Source: an uncultured Thermoplasmata archaeon (GTDB lineage Archaea > Thermoplasmatota > Thermoplasmata > Lutacidiplasmatales > UBA184). Taken from it: a stretch of 64,000 nt of DNA. Below, one piece after another: positions 22,760-31,790 of the stretch. The position numbers and the translations under genes are program-made. The stretch's first letter is position 1; every line of letters begins with the position of its first letter. Under the pieces are notes generated by a model that worked only from the letters and a program-made list of their open reading frames with translations, did no database searches and had not been told where the DNA came from. The stretch is taken from NCBI GenBank assembly GCA_963804505.1, contig CAWDQP010000007.1:18788-82787 (forward strand). Direction: 5' to 3'.

Positions 22760-24293
22760 GGGTCTCGGCGCGGGGTCGAACCGTCGCGACCGCGCTGGCG
22801 GTCGTCTTCGTGCTCACGACTGTCTGGGCGGCCTACTACCTGGACGCGCAGGTCCATCCGGTCAACGCGAACGCGACGGGCACCACGGTCGCGACGTTCT
22901 CGCAGACGGGGGCCAACTCGTTCGCCGCGGCCGTCAACGCGAGCGTCCTCTACAACTACTCCACCGAGGTCTACGGCGGCAACATCACCCTGTTCACGCC
23001 GATCACCAACTGGATCAACGTCAGCATGATCTACGCTCTGGTCGCGGATAGGCCGGCGTCGATCGCGATCAACGAATCGTTCAGCGTCGGCCTCTCCACG
23101 ACCGTCTGGTCGAAGGTGTTGTTCGCGTCCAGCAACCAGACGACGGCGACCGATGCGACCTTCCTCACCCTTCCGAGTCAGTACCGATGTGAACGTCTCC
23201 TCCGTCGTCGACCTAGCCCAGTCGATCGATCATCAGATCGGCTTCGTCGGGACGGAGTTCACCCTCTCGCTCCAGCCGCACCTCACCGGCTCGCTCACCG
23301 TCTCGGGAATCCGCCAGCCGTTCGCGGAGGAACCGTCCCTCAACCTGACGTTCGCAGGGTCCCTCATCACGCCGACCGGGCTCAACTACTCGAGCTCGGG
23401 TGCGATCATCGCCCCGCCCGCGGCGGCCCGGACCGGTCCGATGACCGCCCTGGTTCCCTCCACGGCCCTCGCGCTCTCGCTCGGGGGCCTGGGAGGCAGC
23501 CTCTGGTTCGCGACCCGCCGCCCGGAGGACGAGGTCGTACCGCCTCTCGAACAGATGATCGCGCCCTACGAGGAGGCGATCGCCGAGACCGAGACCGTGG
23601 TCGGCTCGGCGTCCCTGATCCGGGTCGATCGGTTCGCCGACCTCGTGAAGGTCGCCGACACGCTCGGAAAGCCGATCCTCCGCCCGGGCGGCAGCGACGC
23701 CAGTCGGTTCGATTTCGTCGTCCTGGACGGTACGTGGGCGTACACCTTCCGATACCCCGGAGGGTCGGGCGGCGGTCCCGTGGCGACGGCCCGCCCGGGC
23801 GCCCCCCCGGTGAGTCCCCCATCGGCACCGGTCCCCACGGGGGATACCTCCTCGTGGACCACCCCGACCGGACGGCCGACCCGGACGGCTCCGCCCGACT
23901 CCTCGTCCAATGCGGCGCGGAACGCTCCGCCGTCCAGCCGGGCTGCGCGGCCCGGCCCTCCGTGCCCGCGCCGGGCACGTCCGCCCCGGCACGTCGGCCA
24001 CGACGGCGGCGCCACCGGATGCGGCGGCCGGACCCGACGATCCCTCGGGGCTATCGCCGGGGTCGCTCGCCGTCACGCGCCTCCTGAAGCGCGAGGTCGC
24101 CCGGATGGAGACGCTTCAGCTCGACCGCGAGACCTCGTTCGAGGCGCGGGCCCGGATCAGCCGAACGATGGCGCTGGTCCAGGAGAACGATCTCGCGGCC
24201 GCCTACCTCGAAGTGACCGAGCTCTCCCAGCTCTTGACGCGCGGAGCCCGCCGAGGGGGGCCGGCGCCGGGGCCCGTCGCGGAGCCGCACTAG
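22756..24293 (+). CDS. DUF5305-like membrane-anchored protein (frameshifts ~23185 and in the Pro-rich tail)
   Basis: N-terminal TM, sequon-rich outer domain, second TM, then YEEAI..VDRFADLVKVADTLGKPIL..VLDG.WAY. GTGA overlap with the peptidase gene. Confidence 0.65.
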
Positions 24294-24431
24294 CCGGATC
24301 GGCGCGTCGGGCACGATTGATACGTACAATCCGCGCGCATGGTACGGAGAACAATGGAAACATCTTCCCTTGCCGTATAACTCCCCACGTCTTTGTTGCC
24401 TCGGGTACTGGTACCCGGAGTGTTGGGCAAT

Positions 24432-24971
24432 ATGGGAAAGCGGTGGATTTTGGGTCTCGTCGCCGTAGTCGCAGTGATCGCGGTGGGCGGGATCGGGTTT
24501 GCGAGTTTTACGACGAGTGCGTACATCGACGCGCAGGCGCAGGCGGGCACGCTCGGGCCGCTCTACTGGAGCAACACGGCGACGCCCTCCGGCACCGAGA
24601 GCTTCGATGTCTGCACGAACTTCATCACGACGACCTTGAACATGAGCGACACGCTCAACTTTACCGCCGGCAACCTCGCCCCCGGTGACTCCTGCACGTT
24701 CAGCGCGTACCTCAACAACGGCGGTTCGATCCCGGCGGCCATCTCGATTACGTCGACCAAGGACAGCGGGGCCGGTTGCTTCGTGACGTACACGTACGAC
24801 AGCTGGTTCGGCTACGAGTCGTACGGTGAGACGCACGGGACCGTGACCATCCCCGGCCTCTCGTCCCAAGTGTACACCGTCACCGAGGGCCTCATCAGCG
24901 GAATAGGGAACTCCGATCAGGGTGTCTACTGCAACATCGTCCTGACGTTCTCCGCGTCTGCGGGGACCTAA
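24432..24971 (+). CDS. TasA/camelysin-like secreted protein with a SipW-type signal peptide (paralog 1)
   Basis: GFA/SFTTSAYIDAQAQAGTLGPL, NLAPGDS..LNNGGSIP and GNSDQG..IVLTFSA match TasA-family motifs. Confidence 0.75.
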   Translation: MGKRWILGLVAVVAVIAVGGIGFASFTTSAYIDAQAQAGTLGPLYWSNTATPSGTESFDVCTNFITTTLNMSDTLNFTAGNLAPGDSCTFSAYLNNGGSIPAAISITSTKDSGAGCFVTYTYDSWFGYESYGETHGTVTIPGLSSQVYTVTEGLISGIGNSDQGVYCNIVLTFSASAGT

Positions 24972-25028
24972 AGGGATCGGCACCGAGTTGCATCGAACCC
25001 AGCGAGCCCAACGAGCTGTGAGGGTACC

Positions 25029-25586
25029 ATGCGCCTGACGAGGGCAACGACCGGGCTGGTCGTGGTGGCCGTACTGGCCACCGTCGGCACCGGTTTCGCC
25101 GCCTTCACGACCTCGGCGTACATCGATGGTGGCGCCCGGGCCGGTACCTTTGGTCCCCTCGTGTGGGGCTCGCAGCCGGCGTACGGCGGGTTCGAACCAA
25201 ACGACGTGTGCTATGCGTCGCTCGGACCGGCGACCCACTTCCCGGACGACACCCTCTACCTGACCGCGAGCGTCCTTCTTCCGGGCGACATCTGCAGCTA
25301 CGGAGACACCCTGACGAACCTGGGGTCGATCCCCGCGAACGTCTCGGAGCAGATCACGAGCGTGTCCGGGATCCTCTGCGGCATGACGGTGTTCGGGGAC
25401 AATTTTTTCTCCCCCGCGGTCACCATCGGGGAGGGCGGGCAAACGAGCGCCCTCTCGCACGTCGTGCCGGCGACCTCGTCCATCCAGTGGGCCGGGTTCA
25501 TCCATCTCCTGCCGACCGCGACCGATCTCTCCTCGGGCGAAAACTGCACCTTCGTGGTGACACTGTCCGCATCGGCCGGGACGTAG
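25029..25586 (+). CDS. TasA/camelysin-like secreted protein (paralog 2)
   Basis: GFA/AFTTSAYIDGGARAGTFGPL and LLPGD..LTNLGSIP. Shares four Cys and the SASAGT end with paralog 1. Confidence 0.75.
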   Translation: MRLTRATTGLVVVAVLATVGTGFAAFTTSAYIDGGARAGTFGPLVWGSQPAYGGFEPNDVCYASLGPATHFPDDTLYLTASVLLPGDICSYGDTLTNLGSIPANVSEQITSVSGILCGMTVFGDNFFSPAVTIGEGGQTSALSHVVPATSSIQWAGFIHLLPTATDLSSGENCTFVVTLSASAGT

Positions 25587-25707
25587 GCTCGACCGCAGCG
25601 TGAACGAGGGGTCGGGGCAGAGGTTACGGTGCCCCCGACCGGTCAATCGCCCTGTTGTGTAGTAGTCCCCGTACGGATCGTCTCCCGGGTCTGGAGCCGA
25701 TGATCCA

Positions 25708-26247
25708 GTGAAACATCTGATAGTCCTTGTGGTCGCCGTCATCGCCGCCTCCGGCGGCGTGGCATTCGCGTGCGGCGGAGGCGGGGGATCGGGGTGCGAC
25801 CAGAGCCATGACGGCTCGAAGTGCACGACACTACAGATCGAGTGGAAGAACCCATCCGGCACGGTCGCGAGCGCCTCGTACGTGCACTGCCAGCTGAGCC
25901 TCACCACGTCGACGCTCACCGCGGTCGCCGACGTCCTCGCTCCGGGTACGTCGTGCACTATCGCCGCGGTCCTGGCGAACGTGGGAAGCGTGGCCGTCAC
26001 CCTCTCCCAGACGATCAGCATCGGCGAGCCTCATGCGTGTCCCCTGTTCACCTACACCGACAACCTTCCCAATTCTCCCCCCCGCGAGCTTGCTTCCGGC
26101 GGGACGTTCTCGTACCAAGGGGTCATCGGGCTCTCCCCGACCGCCGGGAACGCGTGCCGGGACGCTTCCACGGTGATCGTCGTCACGATCACCGGAACCG
26201 AACAGTCCTCCGGCTGCGGTAATCCGCTTCTGCTCCCCTCCGAGTGA
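25708..26247 (+). CDS. Divergent Cys-rich TasA-like secreted protein (paralog 3)
   Basis: Signal ends GVAFA. Core LAPGTSC..LANVGS and AGNAC. The N-terminal strand is replaced by CGGGGGSGC. Confidence 0.6.
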   Translation: MKHLIVLVVAVIAASGGVAFACGGGGGSGCDQSHDGSKCTTLQIEWKNPSGTVASASYVHCQLSLTTSTLTAVADVLAPGTSCTIAAVLANVGSVAVTLSQTISIGEPHACPLFTYTDNLPNSPPRELASGGTFSYQGVIGLSPTAGNACRDASTVIVVTITGTEQSSGCGNPLLLPSE

Positions 26248-26343
26248 GCCGCGCGGGTTCCGGCGCAGGCCGCCGAGGACGCAGGTCAGCACCGCGCGGC
26301 AAACCATCTATACGCTGCCCCCCTCGAGACGTCGGGCGTCACC

Positions 26344-27072
26344 ATGGCAACGGAATCTCAGGCGATAGCGAACCAGCTTACCCGACAGCTCGAGCTCGAC
26401 ATTCCCCCTGTCCAGGTGTCGTATCTGGAGCATCCCCCGAACGGTGTCGCGCAGCACCCGGGCGGCGTTCCGTCCGTCTGCACCTTCTTCGCCTTCGGCG
26501 CCGAGAAACCGTTCTACGCCCCGCTGACCGAGCACGCCGCGTGCGAGATCGGGGCGTTCGTCCTCGGCATCCCTCCCGAAGGCGACCTGGGGGGCCGGCT
26601 GATGTCGACGATCGGCACGATGCAGAAGGAGGGGTACCTCAACCCCGGCGAGGAGGCCCATGTGCCCCACAATGCCACCCCGCCGAAGTACGTTGCCTAC
26701 GGCCCCCTCGGCTCGCTGAACATGCCTGCGACCGCGGTGCTGCTGTTCGCGAAGCCCAGGTCGGCGATGCTGGCCGTGGAAGCCGCCGGCGCGGGCACGG
26801 ACGCGAAGCCGGTGTCGATGAACGGGCGGCCGATGTGCGCCATCATGCCGATCATGAACCAGGGCACGCCGGTGGCGATCTCGCTCGGTTGCACGGGCTC
26901 GAGGATCTACACGGACCTGGGGATCGACAAGATGGTCGTCGGGATCCGGGGCGACAACCTCGTCCGCTTCGCGGAGAAGTTGACGCGGATCGTGAAGGCG
27001 AACGAGATGGTGGCGACCGATACCAAGGCCCGGAAGGGCCTGGCGGGTCACCCGCACCGCAAGCCTGGGTGA
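26344..27072 (+). CDS. DUF169 family protein
   Basis: PSVCTF, ACEIGAFVLG, VAYGPL, RPMCA, SLGCTGSRIY. Confidence 0.75.
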   Translation: MATESQAIANQLTRQLELDIPPVQVSYLEHPPNGVAQHPGGVPSVCTFFAFGAEKPFYAPLTEHAACEIGAFVLGIPPEGDLGGRLMSTIGTMQKEGYLNPGEEAHVPHNATPPKYVAYGPLGSLNMPATAVLLFAKPRSAMLAVEAAGAGTDAKPVSMNGRPMCAIMPIMNQGTPVAISLGCTGSRIYTDLGIDKMVVGIRGDNLVRFAEKLTRIVKANEMVATDTKARKGLAGHPHRKPG

Positions 27073-27178
27073 TCCCCGTCGCCTAGTGCCGCTTCTACAT
27101 AGGTCGTCGGCTGATTGATTGGGCCGCCAATCTGATTTGCAACCCGCCCCTTCTCGCCGCGAGGAGACCGTGGAAGGA

Positions 27179-27382
27179 ATGCGAGCATGTCCATCGTGTC
27201 AGTCGCCGATGGAGAAGGGGAGCCTGGCGGCGGAGTCCCTCACCGGCGGGGCGAAGTGGCACAAATCGCGGTCAGTTCTAGCTTTGGGGGGAGAGAAGAT
27301 CGGCGACTACACCCTCGGCGGGATGGTCTGGTTTGACGGATTCCGCTGTGCGAAGTGCCGCATTCTAGTGTTAGGTTTCTGA
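27179..27382 (+). CDS. Small Zn-ribbon hypothetical protein (CPxC..MEKG..CxxC; DUF6487-like), passenger inside IS630
   Basis: MRACPSCQSPMEKG...FRCAKCRILVLGF, with a GGAAGG RBS-like sequence upstream. Confidence 0.65.
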   Translation: MRACPSCQSPMEKGSLAAESLTGGAKWHKSRSVLALGGEKIGDYTLGGMVWFDGFRCAKCRILVLGF

Positions 27383-28486
27383 GAAGGGACCACGCACCGT
27401 TTCCAAATCGGTCGTCGGTGGACTTTCCACTTGCGCATCTGAGTGTCCCCAAACCGCTTCTTGCGTAGTACGCGTTCGCGATTCCGATAGGCGACCGCTC
27501 GCGCTACCTCTCTCCGAACTTCGGTCCACGACCCGAAGTTCGACCCCGCCAGCACCAACTTCTGCAGATCGCCGGCGTGGCTCTCGACGGGGTTCATCCA
27601 GCTCGCCTGGGTGGCGGAAGCCACCAGCGTCACCCGATTGTCCCTCGCCCACCCTCGGTACATCGGGGGTCCAATGGGCGCTCAGGTTGTCCTGAATGAG
27701 GTAGATCCGCTGGTCCGTCGGATACTTCTCTACCTCCCGTTGCACGTAATCGAGCCAAGGTTCCCCGCCCTTGTGCCGATAGGGGCGGCCGCTGAGTCGC
27801 TGGTGGTAGACGTTCAGCGTGAGGTAGAGGTACCGCGTGCCCTTGAGCCGCTTGTAGGTCGAAGGGATCCGCTCGGGGTGCCCCGAGCGAAACCATCCCT
27901 TCCCTCCATGCGGCTGAAGGGAGATCGGACCGATCTCGTCCATGCTGAGCACGATCGGTGGGTTGTGCTTCTGGTGCGTCAGCCGGTCGATCCGCCGTCG
28001 TTTCTCCTCGAACTTCGGGTCGTGGGACTCTTTCCAGGTCTTGATCGACTGGTGGCTCATGTCCGCCTCGTCCAAGACGATGCGGAGCCACTCCAACGAG
28101 ATTGAATCGACGATCCGCTGGTTCCTCGCCTCGTCCCGGAGTCGGGCGAGGGACCACTGAGAGAACGGCAAGCCGAGGTCCCTCGGCCGACTGGTGGCGA
28201 GGGCCACCAGAGAGTCCTTCTGTTCCTGGGTGAACTTCCAGTTCCCTCCCGCCTTCCAGTTCGGCTTGAGCATCTTGAACCCGTGAAGGTTGAACTCTCG
28301 AATCAGGGTCCGGACCCAGTCGGGAGAATAGCCCACCAGGCGAGCGATGTAGGGCGGAGTGAACCCCTGGGCACTGGAGAGGATCACCATCGCGCGGTGG
28401 AGCTCGATGGCGTCAGTCGGATGTCGGCACAATCGGGCGAGTTTCTGACCTTCCTCGTTGGAGATCGGTCGAATACGGCGCACCAT
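27307..28486 (-). CDS. IS630 transposase (frameshift ~27660)
   Basis: N-terminal HTH (RAMVILSSAQG), then the DDE triad SMDE, QDNLSAH, ASWMNPVE. Confidence 0.9.
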
Positions 28487-28598
28487 GCTCGGGGGGCATG
28501 CGCTCCCCGGCGACTAGATTTTTCGGTCGAGAAGTCGAACTACCTAGCTAGAAGCGGCACTAGGTTCCGATCTCGCCGCGGGCGGCGGTCCGTCCTGC

Positions 28599-29165
28599 TC
28601 AGACCTGGGTGACGAGCACGTTGAACGAGTTGACGGACGTGATCGTGCCCTGGCTGAGGTCGACCGCGAAGACCGCGGTCTCGGAGGCGGTGATCGTGGC
28701 CGACGTCTCGATCCACGCGCTCGCGAGGATGCTGTCGGCGGTGGGCGTGGTCGACTCGAAGATGCTCACGTTGAACAGCGTCGAGACGCTGGCGGTGGCG
28801 TTCCAAGAGACCTCGAGGATCCAGATGGTGTCGCCGGTCAAGTAGCCGCCGGCGAACGCGTTGAGGCAGATCCCGAGCGACCCTCCATCGGTCAGATGGT
28901 TGGGCGTGACGTTCGTGCCGAGGTTGGTGGTGGTGCACGCGCCGGTCGCCGGCGTGGAGCTCGGTGTGACGAGTTCCGCCTCCGCGAGGGGGAACTGGAC
29001 CCCGGCCGGCGCGCCGGGAGCGACGCCGGAGGCGCCGGTCTGCTTGGGGATGAATCCGAAACTTCCGAAAGTGAACGAACCGAGGGCGAATCCCGCGACC
29101 ACGGCGAACGTGGCGATCGCCAACACCAGATAGAACGTCCCGCGCGCGGTCGTGTTTCGCTTCAT
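28599..29165 (-). CDS. Secreted or membrane-anchored hypothetical protein
   Basis: MKRNTTARG followed by a long hydrophobic helix. Thr/Ser-rich body with one Cys pair. Confidence 0.65.
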   Translation of the reverse strand: MKRNTTARGTFYLVLAIATFAVVAGFALGSFTFGSFGFIPKQTGASGVAPGAPAGVQFPLAEAELVTPSSTPATGACTTTNLGTNVTPNHLTDGGSLGICLNAFAGGYLTGDTIWILEVSWNATASVSTLFNVSIFESTTPTADSILASAWIETSATITASETAVFAVDLSQGTITSVNSFNVLVTQV

Positions 29166-29326
29166 CCGGTACGCCCCAACGGGGAGCAGTCGAGCGCGGA
29201 GGGGGTATTTAACCCCCACGAGGTCGACCTTCACGGGGGACGACGGCACTCCGCCGAAACGCGGGCGTGGCCCCTCGCGGCGTCGCCGTCCGCGTTACAA
29301 GCGGGCCCCCGAGAGGAGGAGCGACG

Positions 29327-30220
29327 CTAGGCCGCCATCTCCTCGAGGACGACCGGCACGCCCCGTCGGAAAGTGCCGTATCGAGGTTTCCATCCGAGCG
29401 ACCGGAGCTTGCGGTTCGAAACGCGCCGGCTGGCGCGGTTCAGCTTCGCGATGTCCGCGCCCCATTCGCGCTTCGCCCGGGCATACGGGAGGCTGCGAGG
29501 GAGCGGGAGCCGAAGTCGTCGCGCCACGAAATCGGCGAACTCGCGGGTGGTGGCGGGCGCGTTGTCCGCGACCAGGTAGACCTCGCCCGGCGCTCCCGCT
29601 TCGAGCGCGCAGCGGAACGCCGCTCCCGCATCCGCGAGGTGCACGGGGGAGAGATAGTTCGACCCGTCAGCAATGTACTCGTAGCTCCCGTCACGGAGGC
29701 CGTCCACCATCTCCGAGAACCACGACCCCGGCCCGTAGACCATCCCTGGCCGAAGGATCACCGACTCGATCGATCCGAGCGACCGGCGCGTTCGAACCAG
29801 CGCCTCGGTCTCGTAGTTGACCTTCGAGATCGACAGGGGCTCCAGCGGACTGTCCTCGGACACGGTACCGCGGTTGTCCCGGTACACCCAGTAGCCCGAG
29901 CCGATGACGCCACGTCGGACCCCGGCGGCAACCGCCGCGCGCAGCAGGTTGCGACCGCCCTCGACCCGGACCCTTCTCCGGGCCGTCATGGTACCCGACG
30001 TCTGGGCGAGATGGATCACGGCGGCGCATCCCGCGACGTGCTTCTCCAGGGTGCGGGGGGCGAGGAGATCACCTAGGACGGGTTCGCCGCCCGCCCCCCG
30101 CACCGCCGCGAACTGGCCGCTCTGCCGCACCAATCCGCGAACCTCGTGGCCCGCGGCCGCCAGCGCGGTCACGGTGGCGATCCCGAGGAACCCTCCGGCG
30201 CCGGAGACCAGGACCCGCAT
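29327..30220 (-). CDS. NAD-dependent epimerase/dehydratase (extended SDR)
   Basis: VLVSGAGGFLG, VIHLA, LRPGMVYGPG, VHLADA. Confidence 0.9.
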   Translation of the reverse strand: MRVLVSGAGGFLGIATVTALAAAGHEVRGLVRQSGQFAAVRGAGGEPVLGDLLAPRTLEKHVAGCAAVIHLAQTSGTMTARRRVRVEGGRNLLRAAVAAGVRRGVIGSGYWVYRDNRGTVSEDSPLEPLSISKVNYETEALVRTRRSLGSIESVILRPGMVYGPGSWFSEMVDGLRDGSYEYIADGSNYLSPVHLADAGAAFRCALEAGAPGEVYLVADNAPATTREFADFVARRLRLPLPRSLPYARAKREWGADIAKLNRASRRVSNRKLRSLGWKPRYGTFRRGVPVVLEEMAA

Positions 30221-30314
30221 CGAGTGTCGACCGGCCGACGGAACTTAACCTAGTGACCGCCGAGCCCGGCTGTGGAGGCTCGGCGACCCCGCGGGCGATG
30301 GAGCGGGGGAAGCG

Positions 30315-31523
30315 TCAACGCTCTTCGTCCGAGTCGGCGACCAGGCGGTCCCGGTACATCCTCCAGCGGTACCGCGCCGGCCGAGCCAGCGGGACTAGCT
30401 CGCCGGGCTCGTCCCCTCCGGCCTCATCGGAATCCTCCGGCGGAGGGTGCGGCTTGGCGATCGCCGAGGGTACTCGAACCGTAGGTGCCGTCGACGGGCC
30501 AGGGCCCCGCGAAGCGGTGGCGGCGGGTCCGTGCGGAAACATTGCGGGCACCGACACGTGCTCGCCATCGGGGGGTACGAGCGTCGTGGCCGGCGGGGGG
30601 GCCCCCATCTGGGCGGTGGAACGGGAAAAGCTCGCAGCCTCGGGCTCGGGGGTAGGGGCCGGCCGGGTCTCCTCATGGGCATGGGGCGCCGGACGATGCC
30701 AGTCCCGCCAGTGGAAGACCGGGAGGGCAGCCAGCATCGGCGCGGGAGGGGCGGGAGACTCCTCCGGAGTCGGCGCATCGGGGAGGAGAAGCGGGGGTTC
30801 CGGCTCGGGGGTCGAGAGGACGGGCTCCGGTGGCGGAGCCCTGGGAGGGGGTGGTAGCGCGGTAGGTTGGGACTCCCGCACCCCGAGCCGCATCTCCCCC
30901 GCAGCGCGCAGCCCCGCCGAGACCGAGAGTATGCGCGCGAGGAGTCCCGGTAGGTCGTAGAGTCCAGGCGCGGGGGTCGGCGGAGGTCGCGCCGTATAGG
31001 ATGGGGTGATCGGAGGGGAAGGGGGTTCCGCCACGGCGAGCGGTGGAGTCCCGGGCTTCTCCGGCGGCGGACCGTCGGCCGGAAGTTCGTCCGCCATGAC
31101 CGTCAACGGCTCGAGATACTCCGGCGTGGTGTCCGGGATCGCGGCCTCGATGACCGACGGCGAAGCAGGAGACTCCGTCGACCCGGGCGGCGCCGACGGT
31201 GTCTCGGGCGGTCCCGGTAGGATCGGCACGATGGCGGGCTCGGCGCGCGCGGGGGGCGGCGGCGGGGGCGGCGCGAGATCCATCGGAGGGAGTGCGATCG
31301 CGGCAGTGAACTCGAGACGGGGCACCGGGGCGAACGGGTCGGCGTGGTAGAGGGTCCGCGCGGTCGGTTCCACGCGGAGCGTCAGGCGGGTCACCGGCCC
31401 GCTCGACAGGACCACGCGCGGGAGCACGTCGGAGGTCGACTCGGGCGCGGGCCGATGCGGCGGGAAGGAAGGCTCCCACGCGGCGAGGACTCGAAACGTG
31501 GGGGGGCGGGTTCGAGCGACCAT
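30315..31523 (-). CDS. Proline-rich hypothetical protein
   Basis: Long P/E/A-rich ORF co-oriented with its neighbours. No family recognised. Confidence 0.5.
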   Translation of the reverse strand: MVARTRPPTFRVLAAWEPSFPPHRPAPESTSDVLPRVVLSSGPVTRLTLRVEPTARTLYHADPFAPVPRLEFTAAIALPPMDLAPPPPPPPARAEPAIVPILPGPPETPSAPPGSTESPASPSVIEAAIPDTTPEYLEPLTVMADELPADGPPPEKPGTPPLAVAEPPSPPITPSYTARPPPTPAPGLYDLPGLLARILSVSAGLRAAGEMRLGVRESQPTALPPPPRAPPPEPVLSTPEPEPPLLLPDAPTPEESPAPPAPMLAALPVFHWRDWHRPAPHAHEETRPAPTPEPEAASFSRSTAQMGAPPPATTLVPPDGEHVSVPAMFPHGPAATASRGPGPSTAPTVRVPSAIAKPHPPPEDSDEAGGDEPGELVPLARPARYRWRMYRDRLVADSDEER

Positions 31524-31790
31524 CCTCGCCTACGGTGTCGGTGCCGGCACGGTTTCCCACTATAACTTGTAACGGGGGGAGCGGAAGGCGCTCGGAAAGG
31601 GCGGGAGGACCTCGGGCCGGCGTCGTGCCAGGGGCCCGGCCCGCGTCAGGTTCGGCCGGGGCCCGAGGGCGCAGCGCACCGTTCCCCACACCAGAAAACC
31701 GTGACACCTCCGCGGGCTCCGCTGGGAAAAGTGCGACCGCCCCCCGGGTACGCGAGGACACGGAGGGCGAGAAGGGGTTCGGTCGGCGCC

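Larger units (their letters stand above)
27084..28562 (-). mobile_element. IS630-family insertion sequence with a passenger gene
   Basis: Inverted ends TAGTGCCGCTTCTA (27084-27097) and TAGAAGCGGCACTA (28549-28562), including the duplicated TA. Reconstructed empty site is CCTAGG. Confidence 0.85.
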
